A stretch of DNA of 61,242 nt from a virus (taxonomy: Duplodnaviria; Caudoviricetes), in the IMG/VR virus record IMGVR_UViG_3300034116_001288, positions 1 through 61,242 of that record; one strand, 5' to 3'. A program made the translations under genes and the position numbers. Below the pieces are notes generated by a model, which made no database searches, was not told the DNA's origin, and was given only the letters and a program-made list of their open reading frames with translations. Below, one piece after another: positions 17,498 through 26,269 of the stretch. Within the stretch, counting starts at the first letter, position 1. The number at the start of each line of letters is the position of its first letter.

Positions 17498-18214
17498 ATG
17501 AGCAGATCATTTCAGATGCCCGGTCAAAAGGGCGAGGTGGACGAAAATGGCGTCGTCACTTGGACGGTTCCGTATTTCGTTGAAGACCTTTCCGAAGTCT
17601 TCGTCGTGGGGGAAGACCCCCCGGTCGAGGGAATGAAGGAGGTCGGTCGCTCGTGGACCGATATCGAGGGGGCGGGATTGCAGGTTGAGGTTCAATACGA
17701 AGGGGTGATCGGCGATCCTGAAGACAAGGAAGACACCTACGACTACGATTCCTCATTCAAGGAGGAGACACTCCTTGCGCACCCTGAATGGCGACTGCTC
17801 AAGAATGTTTTCAAGGGGCGCTACGACAAGGAAGAAAAGAAGATCGAGTTTCCCGAGTTCCTAAAGAGCAATGAGCGCGGACTCGGTGGCAGCACTTTTG
17901 TTGGACCACCGGCTCCAGGGAAGGAACCGAAGGGCATAAAAAACCCGATGTTTGGACTTGAAACATTCCTCTCTCTGTCGAGCGTTTTTCGTCACACCTA
18001 TGTCAGGTCCGATGTCTCGGCATCACTATTCAACAGGATAGGATCTATTCAAGAGTCGCTCCCCGGTGGGTTCCCCACCCCGTCCGGTCGCAACTGGATC
18101 GTCATGCCGCCGAAGATCAGCCAGCGGGGAAGCGTCTACCAGATCACCGAAGAATACATGCTCTCGCAACCCGGTGGATGGCCCGAGAAGGTCTATAAAC
18201 TGATTCAGCTCTGA
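17498..18214 (+). CDS. Putative tail tip / hub protein
   Basis: First gene after TMP, translationally coupled. Confidence 0.55.
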   Translation: MSRSFQMPGQKGEVDENGVVTWTVPYFVEDLSEVFVVGEDPPVEGMKEVGRSWTDIEGAGLQVEVQYEGVIGDPEDKEDTYDYDSSFKEETLLAHPEWRLLKNVFKGRYDKEEKKIEFPEFLKSNERGLGGSTFVGPPAPGKEPKGIKNPMFGLETFLSLSSVFRHTYVRSDVSASLFNRIGSIQESLPGGFPTPSGRNWIVMPPKISQRGSVYQITEEYMLSQPGGWPEKVYKLIQL

Positions 18215-18861
18215 TGTCCTACGTCCCTAAAGACATCGTCGCGAGAAAGGGTGATTCCGTCCTTCCCAAGTGGAAGGCGCTCCTTCGATTCATCGCCAAA
18301 ACCGGGATTGTCACTGGTCCAGGCGTGCGCGTGACGCAGGGTCCGAATGGCACCCTCGTCGATGCCGACGCATCCTTTCGGCCTTGGTCGCACCCCTTCA
18401 AGGTCTCCTGCGATGGCGCTAGCGCGACCGTCCGTGCGGGTCTGGTGAATGGGGTCTCTCCCTACATCACAGGCGTGCGGATCACGGGGGTCGATGATGA
18501 GGGCATGGAGGTTGAGGTTCCCGAGATCGAGATCGAGCACGATGGCACCCCCATCACCTATATCGCCCTCGTCCTCATCACCCCAGAAGCAAGTGGCGGA
18601 CCCGTTGCGCCGATTGCCTTTGCCGACACCCCCGAGACCGTCTTCATCGAGCACGTCACCGCACTGCCGGAGGCTTTCGCGGAGGGTGGCTCGGTCGCCT
18701 CGCTCGGTCGCGCCGTCTACCCGCTCGCCGCGCTTTACTGGGAGGAGAAGGGCATCCTGCGCGAGAAAATCCAAATCGTCCACCACAACCTCGGGCATCG
18801 CTACATCCAGAGTCGGGCGAAGGCGGGCATACCGGGGCGGCATCTGTTTTGGGCGGCTTGA
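18214..18861 (+). CDS. Putative minor tail protein
   Basis: Coupled ORF, HPFKV...VRAG.VNG. Confidence 0.55.
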   Translation: MSYVPKDIVARKGDSVLPKWKALLRFIAKTGIVTGPGVRVTQGPNGTLVDADASFRPWSHPFKVSCDGASATVRAGLVNGVSPYITGVRITGVDDEGMEVEVPEIEIEHDGTPITYIALVLITPEASGGPVAPIAFADTPETVFIEHVTALPEAFAEGGSVASLGRAVYPLAALYWEEKGILREKIQIVHHNLGHRYIQSRAKAGIPGRHLFWAA

Positions 18862-18876
18862 CTCCCGCCCCTCGGA

Positions 18877-19959
18877 GTGATCCTTCGCTCGTCAAAAGCC
18901 GCAGTCATCAAGCCGGTCGTCCCAATCCCCCATGAGGATTGGAATACCGCATTCGACGAACTGCGCCGCAACCGTCCGCTCATCTGCGGAAGTCGAGCCG
19001 ACGGCGGATGGAGACACCCGTGGAAACCGATGCTCGAATGGCATGATAACACCGCACTCTGGCGGGTGAACATCAAGCCCGGTTACGTCTCGGGACGGGA
19101 GGTCGAGGTAACGATGCCGCTCGATGATTCGCCGGAGATCACCCAATTCCGCGCGAAAGACGATGAGTCCATCCTCGTCGGGGCATCGCAGGTGCGGGCG
19201 CGACTGAGCGAGGAACCGGGCATTCCTATTAGCGAATGGCGGCGACTCGGTCCTGACTCTGATCCGACAGGACTGACTCTCAATGCCACATCGACCGGCG
19301 GAACCGTGAACTACGAGTCCGTCCATCCTTTCTTTCTGGCAATGGGCGTGGGAACCCCTCCGAACGTCACCTACAGCACCACGACAGGGAGAAGAGAGTT
19401 GATCGACAACGTGGACCGCAGTGAGGATCGCCTCTTGCGTGCGGTCGAGGTGAGCCTCAGTCAGGAGCGCCCATCCGTAACGTCAGAGTGGTCCTTCGGT
19501 GCGGGCGAGGGAACCATCGCTCAGTTCGACGTGGTCTACGCGGGCGGGGTCGAGATCCGCGAGTCTCCCTACATCACTATTCGGAAGAAATATACGCCAA
19601 AGGTGGCTCAGGATCCCATCGAGCGACTTCGCGGCAACTGGCAGGACGATGGGCGCGACGACCTCCACGTCTGCACTCTCTACCTAGTCTCCCCTCCCGG
19701 CGCGGAGCACGGGAGTGAACCTGACGACACATGGTCTCCGTTCCATCAGTCGCATATATTCTGGAACGTGAATCACGCCTCCAACCTTCTCCCGGTTACC
19801 GAGGAACCCGCGCCCCTTCGATTTCTCATCCCCCCCCTCGCTGGAGGCGTGGGTCAGATGCTTATTGATACCATTCTCGGCGACCTCAATGACCGCTACG
19901 ATGCCGCCCTTGAGTTCGTCAACAACCGCTCACTGGAGGGGCGCTTCTGGACGACATGA
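18877..19959 (+). CDS. Putative minor tail protein
   Basis: HPWK...IKPG.V.G resembles the previous gene. Confidence 0.55.
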   Translation: MILRSSKAAVIKPVVPIPHEDWNTAFDELRRNRPLICGSRADGGWRHPWKPMLEWHDNTALWRVNIKPGYVSGREVEVTMPLDDSPEITQFRAKDDESILVGASQVRARLSEEPGIPISEWRRLGPDSDPTGLTLNATSTGGTVNYESVHPFFLAMGVGTPPNVTYSTTTGRRELIDNVDRSEDRLLRAVEVSLSQERPSVTSEWSFGAGEGTIAQFDVVYAGGVEIRESPYITIRKKYTPKVAQDPIERLRGNWQDDGRDDLHVCTLYLVSPPGAEHGSEPDDTWSPFHQSHIFWNVNHASNLLPVTEEPAPLRFLIPPLAGGVGQMLIDTILGDLNDRYDAALEFVNNRSLEGRFWTT

Positions 19960-20249
19960 GTTGCTCGTGCGTTCTCTGCTCGCGGATTAAACTCCCACCT
20001 CCGCGCATCCAGGAAGCGGGCGGAGGAGGCGGAGGAGGCATCAATGTCCCCTCGCCGAATGCCAATGATCTCAATCCGAATCGCGGGCTGAACAAAGCCG
20101 AGCAACTTGCGAACAAGCGAAACGAGGCCATCAAGGACGAGGTGATCCCAAGACTCAACCCGCCCTTCCCGTATCGGGTGATCCCTCCGCCGCTTGAATA
20201 CTTCCGTTTCCCTGCGAATCCGCCGGAGACGCTCGTGGAGTCAAGTTGA
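19956..20249 (+). CDS. Hypothetical protein (N-terminal CSCVLC, Gly run, Pro-rich)
   Basis: ATGA-coupled ORF that fills the gap. Confidence 0.55.
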   Translation: MSCSCVLCSRIKLPPPRIQEAGGGGGGGINVPSPNANDLNPNRGLNKAEQLANKRNEAIKDEVIPRLNPPFPYRVIPPPLEYFRFPANPPETLVESS

Positions 20250-20270
20250 CGCGCCCCATGGACAGATCCC

Positions 20271-22943
20271 ATGGAATCCCTCGTCTATCTCGATCTCTCG
20301 ACCAAGCAACTGACCGAATCCCTCGGGGGGTCTCGCTGGAATTTTCCCACGCTCACCTACGGCGAGGACATCACCCTCAGTCTTCGATTCTCCAGGCGCG
20401 AAGCCGGGGTCGTCAGTGAGGTGTCTCGCGAGGTGACGGAACTCCGATGCTCCATCGGGCGCGTCGATGCTCGCCCCGAGTCGGGAAAGTGGGGGTTTGA
20501 GATCGTGGATGGTTCCGGCGACATCGTCGCAGATCTCCCGATCAACGTCACTGCGTCCGCTCTTACCACGGCAATCAATGCCCTTACCCTTCCCGGCGGA
20601 CTAGGCGACTGCACGGTCGAGGAGAAGTCTGGATCGTGGCTCATCCGATGGGAGGATGAGACCGTCGCTTCGACCAGCACGCCGGTCGCCATTCTCGCCC
20701 AAGAGACCAACTCCCTTTTCCCTGTCTCTTTTGTTCGCCACCGCACCTTCCAGGAGGACGGCATGTGGGTTCACGAGCTTCGGCTCATACAGGCACCCGT
20801 CGCGAGCACAAGCGCAAGCTCGCGCATCCTGCCTCCGCCGCCGGTCGTCTCTTCGGTTCAGGACGGTGGTGAAGACGAGGGGAGCGGAGCGATTTGGAAT
20901 GAAGTGCAGGATCTTTACCTGCCATCGACCTTTCGAGGTCTCTACCAGATCAAGCGCGGCTACAAGCGAAGTGGACTGCTCGATTTATCCGATGGCATCG
21001 CTGAAATCGCCGCCGCGCTCGAAGCGCTAGCCGACGATGGTGGCGTCTTCGTTGTGACGAACCCGACCACCGATCACGCCCACATCGAGTTTACTGGGAC
21101 CATGGGTGGATACAACCATGACCTGCTTGAGGTCGTCGTCTACTCCGCACCCGAGGGCGACCTCACCTTCAATCTCGCCCTCGACCATCCCGAACTCGCC
21201 GCCCTTCTCCGCCGCGAGGCCGAAGTGACTCTGCCAATCGAAATCTCCGCCGACATCACGGACGAGAACGACGACGAGATCACCCGCTCGCGCAAACTCT
21301 ACTACGGCGAAGTGACGATCCGCCGCGAACTGCATTGGGACGAACTCTCGACGGCGGCGAACATCGAATGGCTTCGCCCTCCTCTCAACGAGCGCTACGG
21401 CGGGTTTAATTACAGTCAGGTGTCCAACGGGCAACTCCATTATGCGGACTCCTATGGAGACGCTTCCGCCACCGCACTCGTCATCGACCACAACCTCGAC
21501 GCGCAAGACGTGGGGGTGATCGTGAAGGATAACGACACCGGTCTCCTTCTTGTGCTCGGCACCGACTACACGGTCGATGTGACGAACTCCAACTCCCTCA
21601 CCGTTACGTCACTCGTCGGAGCGCCCACGGCAAATCAGTGGCGCATCGTCGTCCACGGGCTTGAGGAGACCTCCTACTTCGATCCGCACACCCATGACAT
21701 CTCCGACATCACCGGACTCCAGACCATTATCGATGATCTCGGAGGGCGTCTCGGAGATCTTGAGTCTCGGGCTGGAGTGGGGGCGCTCCCCGTGCGGAGT
21801 ACCAGTGACATCGGCATCGCCGCCTCGTGGCAGTTGCCAGAGATCTTCGAGATCTACCCGGCGAAGGTAGCCATCGAGGAACCGGCAGGCAGGATTGTTG
21901 ATCTCGACACTTCCGCGCTCGGCAAGGCGAATCTCGGCCTTCTCGCGGCAGTGCATGACGCATCGGTCTCTGCGCTCACCGTCCCGGTTCCGACACCAAG
22001 TTACGCCACCCATTTCGGCAACGTGTATCAAAACCAGACCGGATCGACGGTGCGACTTCCAGGCGGGAAGGGACACCGATCCATCGACCTAAAGGCAAAC
22101 GAATACGCCGCCTGTGATGGCCGGGTCTGGTATCCCGTCGTGCGCTACGGCGAGCACGCCTCCGGCACCACGTTCACGACTGTTTACCTCACTGATGCGA
22201 ACCAACTGAATGCCGCCAACCATGAACTCTCCGACGGCAGCATCGTCCGCCTCACGACGACCGGCACCCTCCCCACCGGACTTTCCCTCGCGACGAACTA
22301 CTACGTCGTGAATCGGGCGGAGGACACCCTAGAACTCTCCGCGACTCTGGGCGGAACTCCCATAACACTGACCGGCAATGGATCCGGCACCCATACCGTC
22401 ACCCGGCACTCCGAGTCTTCCTACTACCCGAAGAATTTTGAGCGCACCCTCTTCACGATCCATGTGAGCGAGCGCCAACTGCGACTCCGCAAGAAGTTCG
22501 AAGTGCGGTTTGCCATGGAGATGGCAATCCTCAAAGCAAACACTTCCGCCTTCTGGACCCTGGTGATCGAGGTGGGCGAGCGCACGGAGGCAACCTCCCC
22601 CGCAACGACCGGCGCAAACCTTGCGGCAATCGTCTGGCGCGGCACCCCGCTGATCGAGGAGCGCATCACTATCGGGCCGGTCTCCACCATTCACCAGTTC
22701 GGCCTTCGGGTCGAGCGTGCCCTTGTCTCCGCCGTCGACACCCTTATCGCCACCGGACTTCTTTATGGCGACGAGGTGGGAGGGATCGTCCCACCCAAGT
22801 CCGCAAATTTCGCCCTCCGCGCGCGCCTCGTGCGATTCGACACCGAGGACAGCGAGTCCGCGCCGACCGGATTCGCAGTATTGCGCGGACTTTCGCTCTT
22901 GGAACTCGGGGTCACCAACCACGGGAATGCCGAGGTGTCCTGA
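20271..22943 (+). CDS. Large baseplate / tail structural protein
   Basis: 890 aa, beta-rich, with HTHDISDITGL and LPTGL...TNYYV modules typical of tail proteins. Confidence 0.7.
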   Translation: MESLVYLDLSTKQLTESLGGSRWNFPTLTYGEDITLSLRFSRREAGVVSEVSREVTELRCSIGRVDARPESGKWGFEIVDGSGDIVADLPINVTASALTTAINALTLPGGLGDCTVEEKSGSWLIRWEDETVASTSTPVAILAQETNSLFPVSFVRHRTFQEDGMWVHELRLIQAPVASTSASSRILPPPPVVSSVQDGGEDEGSGAIWNEVQDLYLPSTFRGLYQIKRGYKRSGLLDLSDGIAEIAAALEALADDGGVFVVTNPTTDHAHIEFTGTMGGYNHDLLEVVVYSAPEGDLTFNLALDHPELAALLRREAEVTLPIEISADITDENDDEITRSRKLYYGEVTIRRELHWDELSTAANIEWLRPPLNERYGGFNYSQVSNGQLHYADSYGDASATALVIDHNLDAQDVGVIVKDNDTGLLLVLGTDYTVDVTNSNSLTVTSLVGAPTANQWRIVVHGLEETSYFDPHTHDISDITGLQTIIDDLGGRLGDLESRAGVGALPVRSTSDIGIAASWQLPEIFEIYPAKVAIEEPAGRIVDLDTSALGKANLGLLAAVHDASVSALTVPVPTPSYATHFGNVYQNQTGSTVRLPGGKGHRSIDLKANEYAACDGRVWYPVVRYGEHASGTTFTTVYLTDANQLNAANHELSDGSIVRLTTTGTLPTGLSLATNYYVVNRAEDTLELSATLGGTPITLTGNGSGTHTVTRHSESSYYPKNFERTLFTIHVSERQLRLRKKFEVRFAMEMAILKANTSAFWTLVIEVGERTEATSPATTGANLAAIVWRGTPLIEERITIGPVSTIHQFGLRVERALVSAVDTLIATGLLYGDEVGGIVPPKSANFALRARLVRFDTEDSESAPTGFAVLRGLSLLELGVTNHGNAEVS

Positions 22944-22960
22944 CATAGCGGCACCGCTAT
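22944..22960. promoter_or_regulatory. Second copy of palindrome CATAGCGGCACCGCTAT
   Basis: Identical to 8115-8131, intergenic, immediately after a stop codon. Confidence 0.5.
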
Positions 22961-22986
22961 AGCGGTCGCACAAATCTTGTGATTCC

Positions 22987-23721
22987 ATGCCAATTCCAGT
23001 AGTAACACAACCCGCCTCCCCGCGAACAATCGCTCGGGGCATCGCGATCCCTTCGCTTCAGATCGTAGCGACCAACACGCCCACGAGCTATGCGGCTTCT
23101 CCGCTTCCCACCGGGATTGCGGTGGATACCACTACGGGTATCATCACGGGGACTCCTGTCGCGGAAGGTCTTACCACGACGACGATCACGGCTACGAACG
23201 GGGACGGAACGAGTGATTCGGTATCTTTGGTCTGGAACGTGCAAGCCGCAGCAGTTGGTGGTGGCAGTTGGTCTGACCTTGAGTTGGATATCGACTTCCA
23301 CACGCGGAAAGTCAGCATTCCCGGTGTGGAGCTTCCATCCGACGGTGCGGTCTTCCGTGTCGGCAAGGGTGATTATTTCTACCTGCTGGTGGGCTTGGTT
23401 AAATACGGTGTTCTGCAAGATTTGAAGCCGTCCTCGGAGACCGTGACGGTTCGTTGCGCCCTAAAGGAGTTTGAACCAGAGTCCGTCATCCAACTCGCCG
23501 ACGGTTCACCGACGACAAAAGTCGGTTCAGCCGACATGACTAGGTTTCGAATCGGCATTGAGTTCACGCCAGAGAACTGGGAGGGCGTGCTCGGCAACTA
23601 TGAGTCCGATGAACGCACGAGCGTCCTCGCAAACGCTGAGATCGAGGTGACTGTAAATGCCCTTCGTTTGACGACCGTTCCGTTCAAGGTTGAAGTGATC
23701 AGAGATCAAGTCCCAGACTGA
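22987..23721 (+). CDS. Ig-like (He_PIG-type) domain virion protein
   Basis: PTSYAASPLPTGIAVDTTTGIITGTP...TITATNG.G. Confidence 0.75.
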   Translation: MPIPVVTQPASPRTIARGIAIPSLQIVATNTPTSYAASPLPTGIAVDTTTGIITGTPVAEGLTTTTITATNGDGTSDSVSLVWNVQAAAVGGGSWSDLELDIDFHTRKVSIPGVELPSDGAVFRVGKGDYFYLLVGLVKYGVLQDLKPSSETVTVRCALKEFEPESVIQLADGSPTTKVGSADMTRFRIGIEFTPENWEGVLGNYESDERTSVLANAEIEVTVNALRLTTVPFKVEVIRDQVPD

Positions 23722-23722
23722 C

Positions 23723-25219
23723 ATGCCTGTCCCGACCATAACCGCACCGGCTAGCCCGCGCGTAATCGCCGTAGACAAGTCTATCCCGACTTTATCTATT
23801 GTTGCGTCTAATACCCCGACCAGCTACGCAGCAACCCCGCTTCCCGCTGGCATCAGCGTCAACACCTCAACAGGTCAAATCACGGGAACTCCGACTGTCG
23901 CGGGGACGACCACAACGACGGTCACCGCAACGAACGGATCTGGCACATCATCGCCCGTCTACATCATCTGGGAAGTCCAGGATGCCGCAGTGGGCGCGGG
24001 CGCGTGGAGCGACCTTGAGCTTGATTTTGACCTCGTCACGCGGGAGGTCACTATTCCAGAGGTTGAGAAGCAAGCGGATGATGTTGTCGTGACCCTACTG
24101 ACTCGTGACTCGATCAACCTTTTGGTCGGGTTCAAAAAGTGGGGGCAACTGATTGATGTTAGTGAGTCCGCGAACATCGCTAGGGTTTCCTTCTCTCTGA
24201 AAGAGTTCGAGCCGGAGCAGGTGATTGCGTTAGCGAAAGAATCGGTAGATCTGGTTGGAAGCGGATCAACGTCACGCTACAGACTGCCGCTTTCCATCGA
24301 CCGGCAGCAGTGGGACTTACTTTCTTCCTACGAGGATGATGCGCAAACCTCCGTTCGCGCCATCGGGAGTATTGAGCTTGAGATTGCATATACCGGATAC
24401 GATCAAAGCGAGGAGGTCGGCATTGCGACCATCCAAGCGGGGACCGACCCTGGAGACATTGCCGGAACCGTGGTATTTACCGGGATGGACACATCGGAGT
24501 CTCCGCTTGCGTTTGAGCTAAATATGACCCTAGCGGTCACGGGTCGTCCAAATCAAACCGTGCAATTGTCGAGAACATTCACGGCGACTTGGAGCGGTAG
24601 CGCGTGGGGGATTTCAGCCCTGTCTGGAACCGCTTCAGACTCAGGTTCCGTTGAGTCGCCATGGCAGGTGACTCTTGAGAACACTGGTGTGACAGGGGAC
24701 TCAAACTCAGTAGACATTGCCTACGAGATCACCACGGATGGCACAGCACCAGCAGGTGACTATCAGTGGCTGATCCTTACTGGCGGCTTTGGTAGCCTTG
24801 ATCTGCAAGACGAGGAGTCTAGCGGAAGTTTCGGTGGCACTCTGTACATTAAAGATGATAGCGATACGCTGATAGGGAGCGAAGCCATCTCAGGGAGTGG
24901 GTTTCCATCCGACTTTTTTGCCGCCGTGGAGACGGCTTGGGATGCGATCATGGGAACCACGGGCGAGGTCTCTGCGGTCTACGGCTCAAGTTCCGACGAC
25001 TTCTGGATAACAGCAACGGGCGCATCACTCGCGAGGTATGTTGCTTATGAACCCTCGGGAGGCTCGCTAACTTATGTAACCGGGACTTACCTACCGAGTT
25101 ATGAAGGGGCGGCTTCGGCGACCCTGACCACCACGCTCAGTAGCGATCCGACAGATCCTTTGCTGCGGTTCAGTTCTCAACCGTTTTTTACCCGCGTGAT
25201 CAGAGATTGGCTGGACTAG
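23723..25219 (+). CDS. Ig-like domain virion protein, paralog with large insertion
   Basis: The first ~220 aa align with the previous gene, and both end VIRD. Confidence 0.75.
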   Translation: MPVPTITAPASPRVIAVDKSIPTLSIVASNTPTSYAATPLPAGISVNTSTGQITGTPTVAGTTTTTVTATNGSGTSSPVYIIWEVQDAAVGAGAWSDLELDFDLVTREVTIPEVEKQADDVVVTLLTRDSINLLVGFKKWGQLIDVSESANIARVSFSLKEFEPEQVIALAKESVDLVGSGSTSRYRLPLSIDRQQWDLLSSYEDDAQTSVRAIGSIELEIAYTGYDQSEEVGIATIQAGTDPGDIAGTVVFTGMDTSESPLAFELNMTLAVTGRPNQTVQLSRTFTATWSGSAWGISALSGTASDSGSVESPWQVTLENTGVTGDSNSVDIAYEITTDGTAPAGDYQWLILTGGFGSLDLQDEESSGSFGGTLYIKDDSDTLIGSEAISGSGFPSDFFAAVETAWDAIMGTTGEVSAVYGSSSDDFWITATGASLARYVAYEPSGGSLTYVTGTYLPSYEGAASATLTTTLSSDPTDPLLRFSSQPFFTRVIRDWLD

Positions 25220-25293
25220 TGAGCACGAATAGGCTCCGGCAGTCCGCGCGGGCGCGGGACCGAGTATCTTGCCTTTGACATCGTCGATGAGCG

Positions 25294-25710
25294 ATGCGCC
25301 TTGCCTTTGATCTTGATACCCGCCGGATCGTCGATCCCGACAACTTGACAACCCTCGTCACGTCAATCAAGGCGCGACGAGGCGAGGTAATCCCGTTCGA
25401 TGTGCGCATCGCGAGGGGCGGCGAGGTCATCCAGCTTGAGGGTGCCACCGTCTCCGCCTACATCACCCCGCGACTCACGTTCGGCACTCTCATTGCGAGC
25501 AAGACCGGCATCACCGGATCCGGTGCTGGCATTGAGACCATCTACTCGGGCGAGCTTGACCTCGATGAGTCTGCCGTGAACACCCTTTTCGCGACCGCTA
25601 CCACACTCTCGGTTGAAGCGAGCCTTGAGATTCGCGTCACTGATTCGCCGCGCTCCTATCGCTCGGAACCGGTCCTTGTGACCATCCAGAATTCCTACAC
25701 CGCAGCATGA
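25294..25710 (+). CDS. Baseplate adaptor-like (BppU-N-like) protein
   Basis: MRLAFDL...YSGELDL...LEI, similar to the N-terminus of 28306-29733. Confidence 0.5.
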   Translation: MRLAFDLDTRRIVDPDNLTTLVTSIKARRGEVIPFDVRIARGGEVIQLEGATVSAYITPRLTFGTLIASKTGITGSGAGIETIYSGELDLDESAVNTLFATATTLSVEASLEIRVTDSPRSYRSEPVLVTIQNSYTAA

Positions 25711-25961
25711 CCGAGGCGATTCAGATGGATCAAGTTCTCACTATTCTGCTTGAAAAGGGCACGACCGGAGCGGTCGCCCTTGCGGTCATCTACATCCTCA
25801 TCCGAAAGATCCTTGAGCAGTATGATAAGAGGATCGAGAAATGCGAAGCCGAGAACGAGATCTGCCGCAAAGATCGAACTGAACTCCATGGACGCATCGA
25901 GAGCGTTCAGAGGGAGCGAATTCAAGACCTGCTCGAAGCCGTTCGCCGACAAGAATGCTGA
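25707..25961 (+). CDS. Holin-like protein (single TM plus coiled coil)
   Basis: GAVALAVIYILI hydrophobic helix followed by a charged coiled coil. Confidence 0.45.
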   Translation: MTEAIQMDQVLTILLEKGTTGAVALAVIYILIRKILEQYDKRIEKCEAENEICRKDRTELHGRIESVQRERIQDLLEAVRRQEC

Positions 25962-26269
25962 TGGAGACTCTCATACTACACAAAGGCGCTTCCAAGGCGC
26001 TTACCTTTACGACCACCGGATCCTTCCTCGGGAAGGATGTGGAGTTCCGCATCGGGAAGCGAATCTCGGAAAGGGAAATTGATGCTGTTGTCACCGTCTC
26101 CCTCGTCGTCTCAGGAGGCGGCACATCCGCGAGTGGCGATGCCATCGCGGGAAGCTCAGTCATATCTGGGGCAGGATACGAATCTCAACTTGTGATCATC
26201 AACTCAGCCGACGAAGACGACTTTGAAGTTGTCGAGGGTCCGCCCGTGAGAATCAAGGAAACCATCTGA
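25961..26269 (+). CDS. Hypothetical structural protein
   Basis: Coupled ORF before the fibre gene. Confidence 0.55.
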   Translation: METLILHKGASKALTFTTTGSFLGKDVEFRIGKRISEREIDAVVTVSLVVSGGGTSASGDAIAGSSVISGAGYESQLVIINSADEDDFEVVEGPPVRIKETI

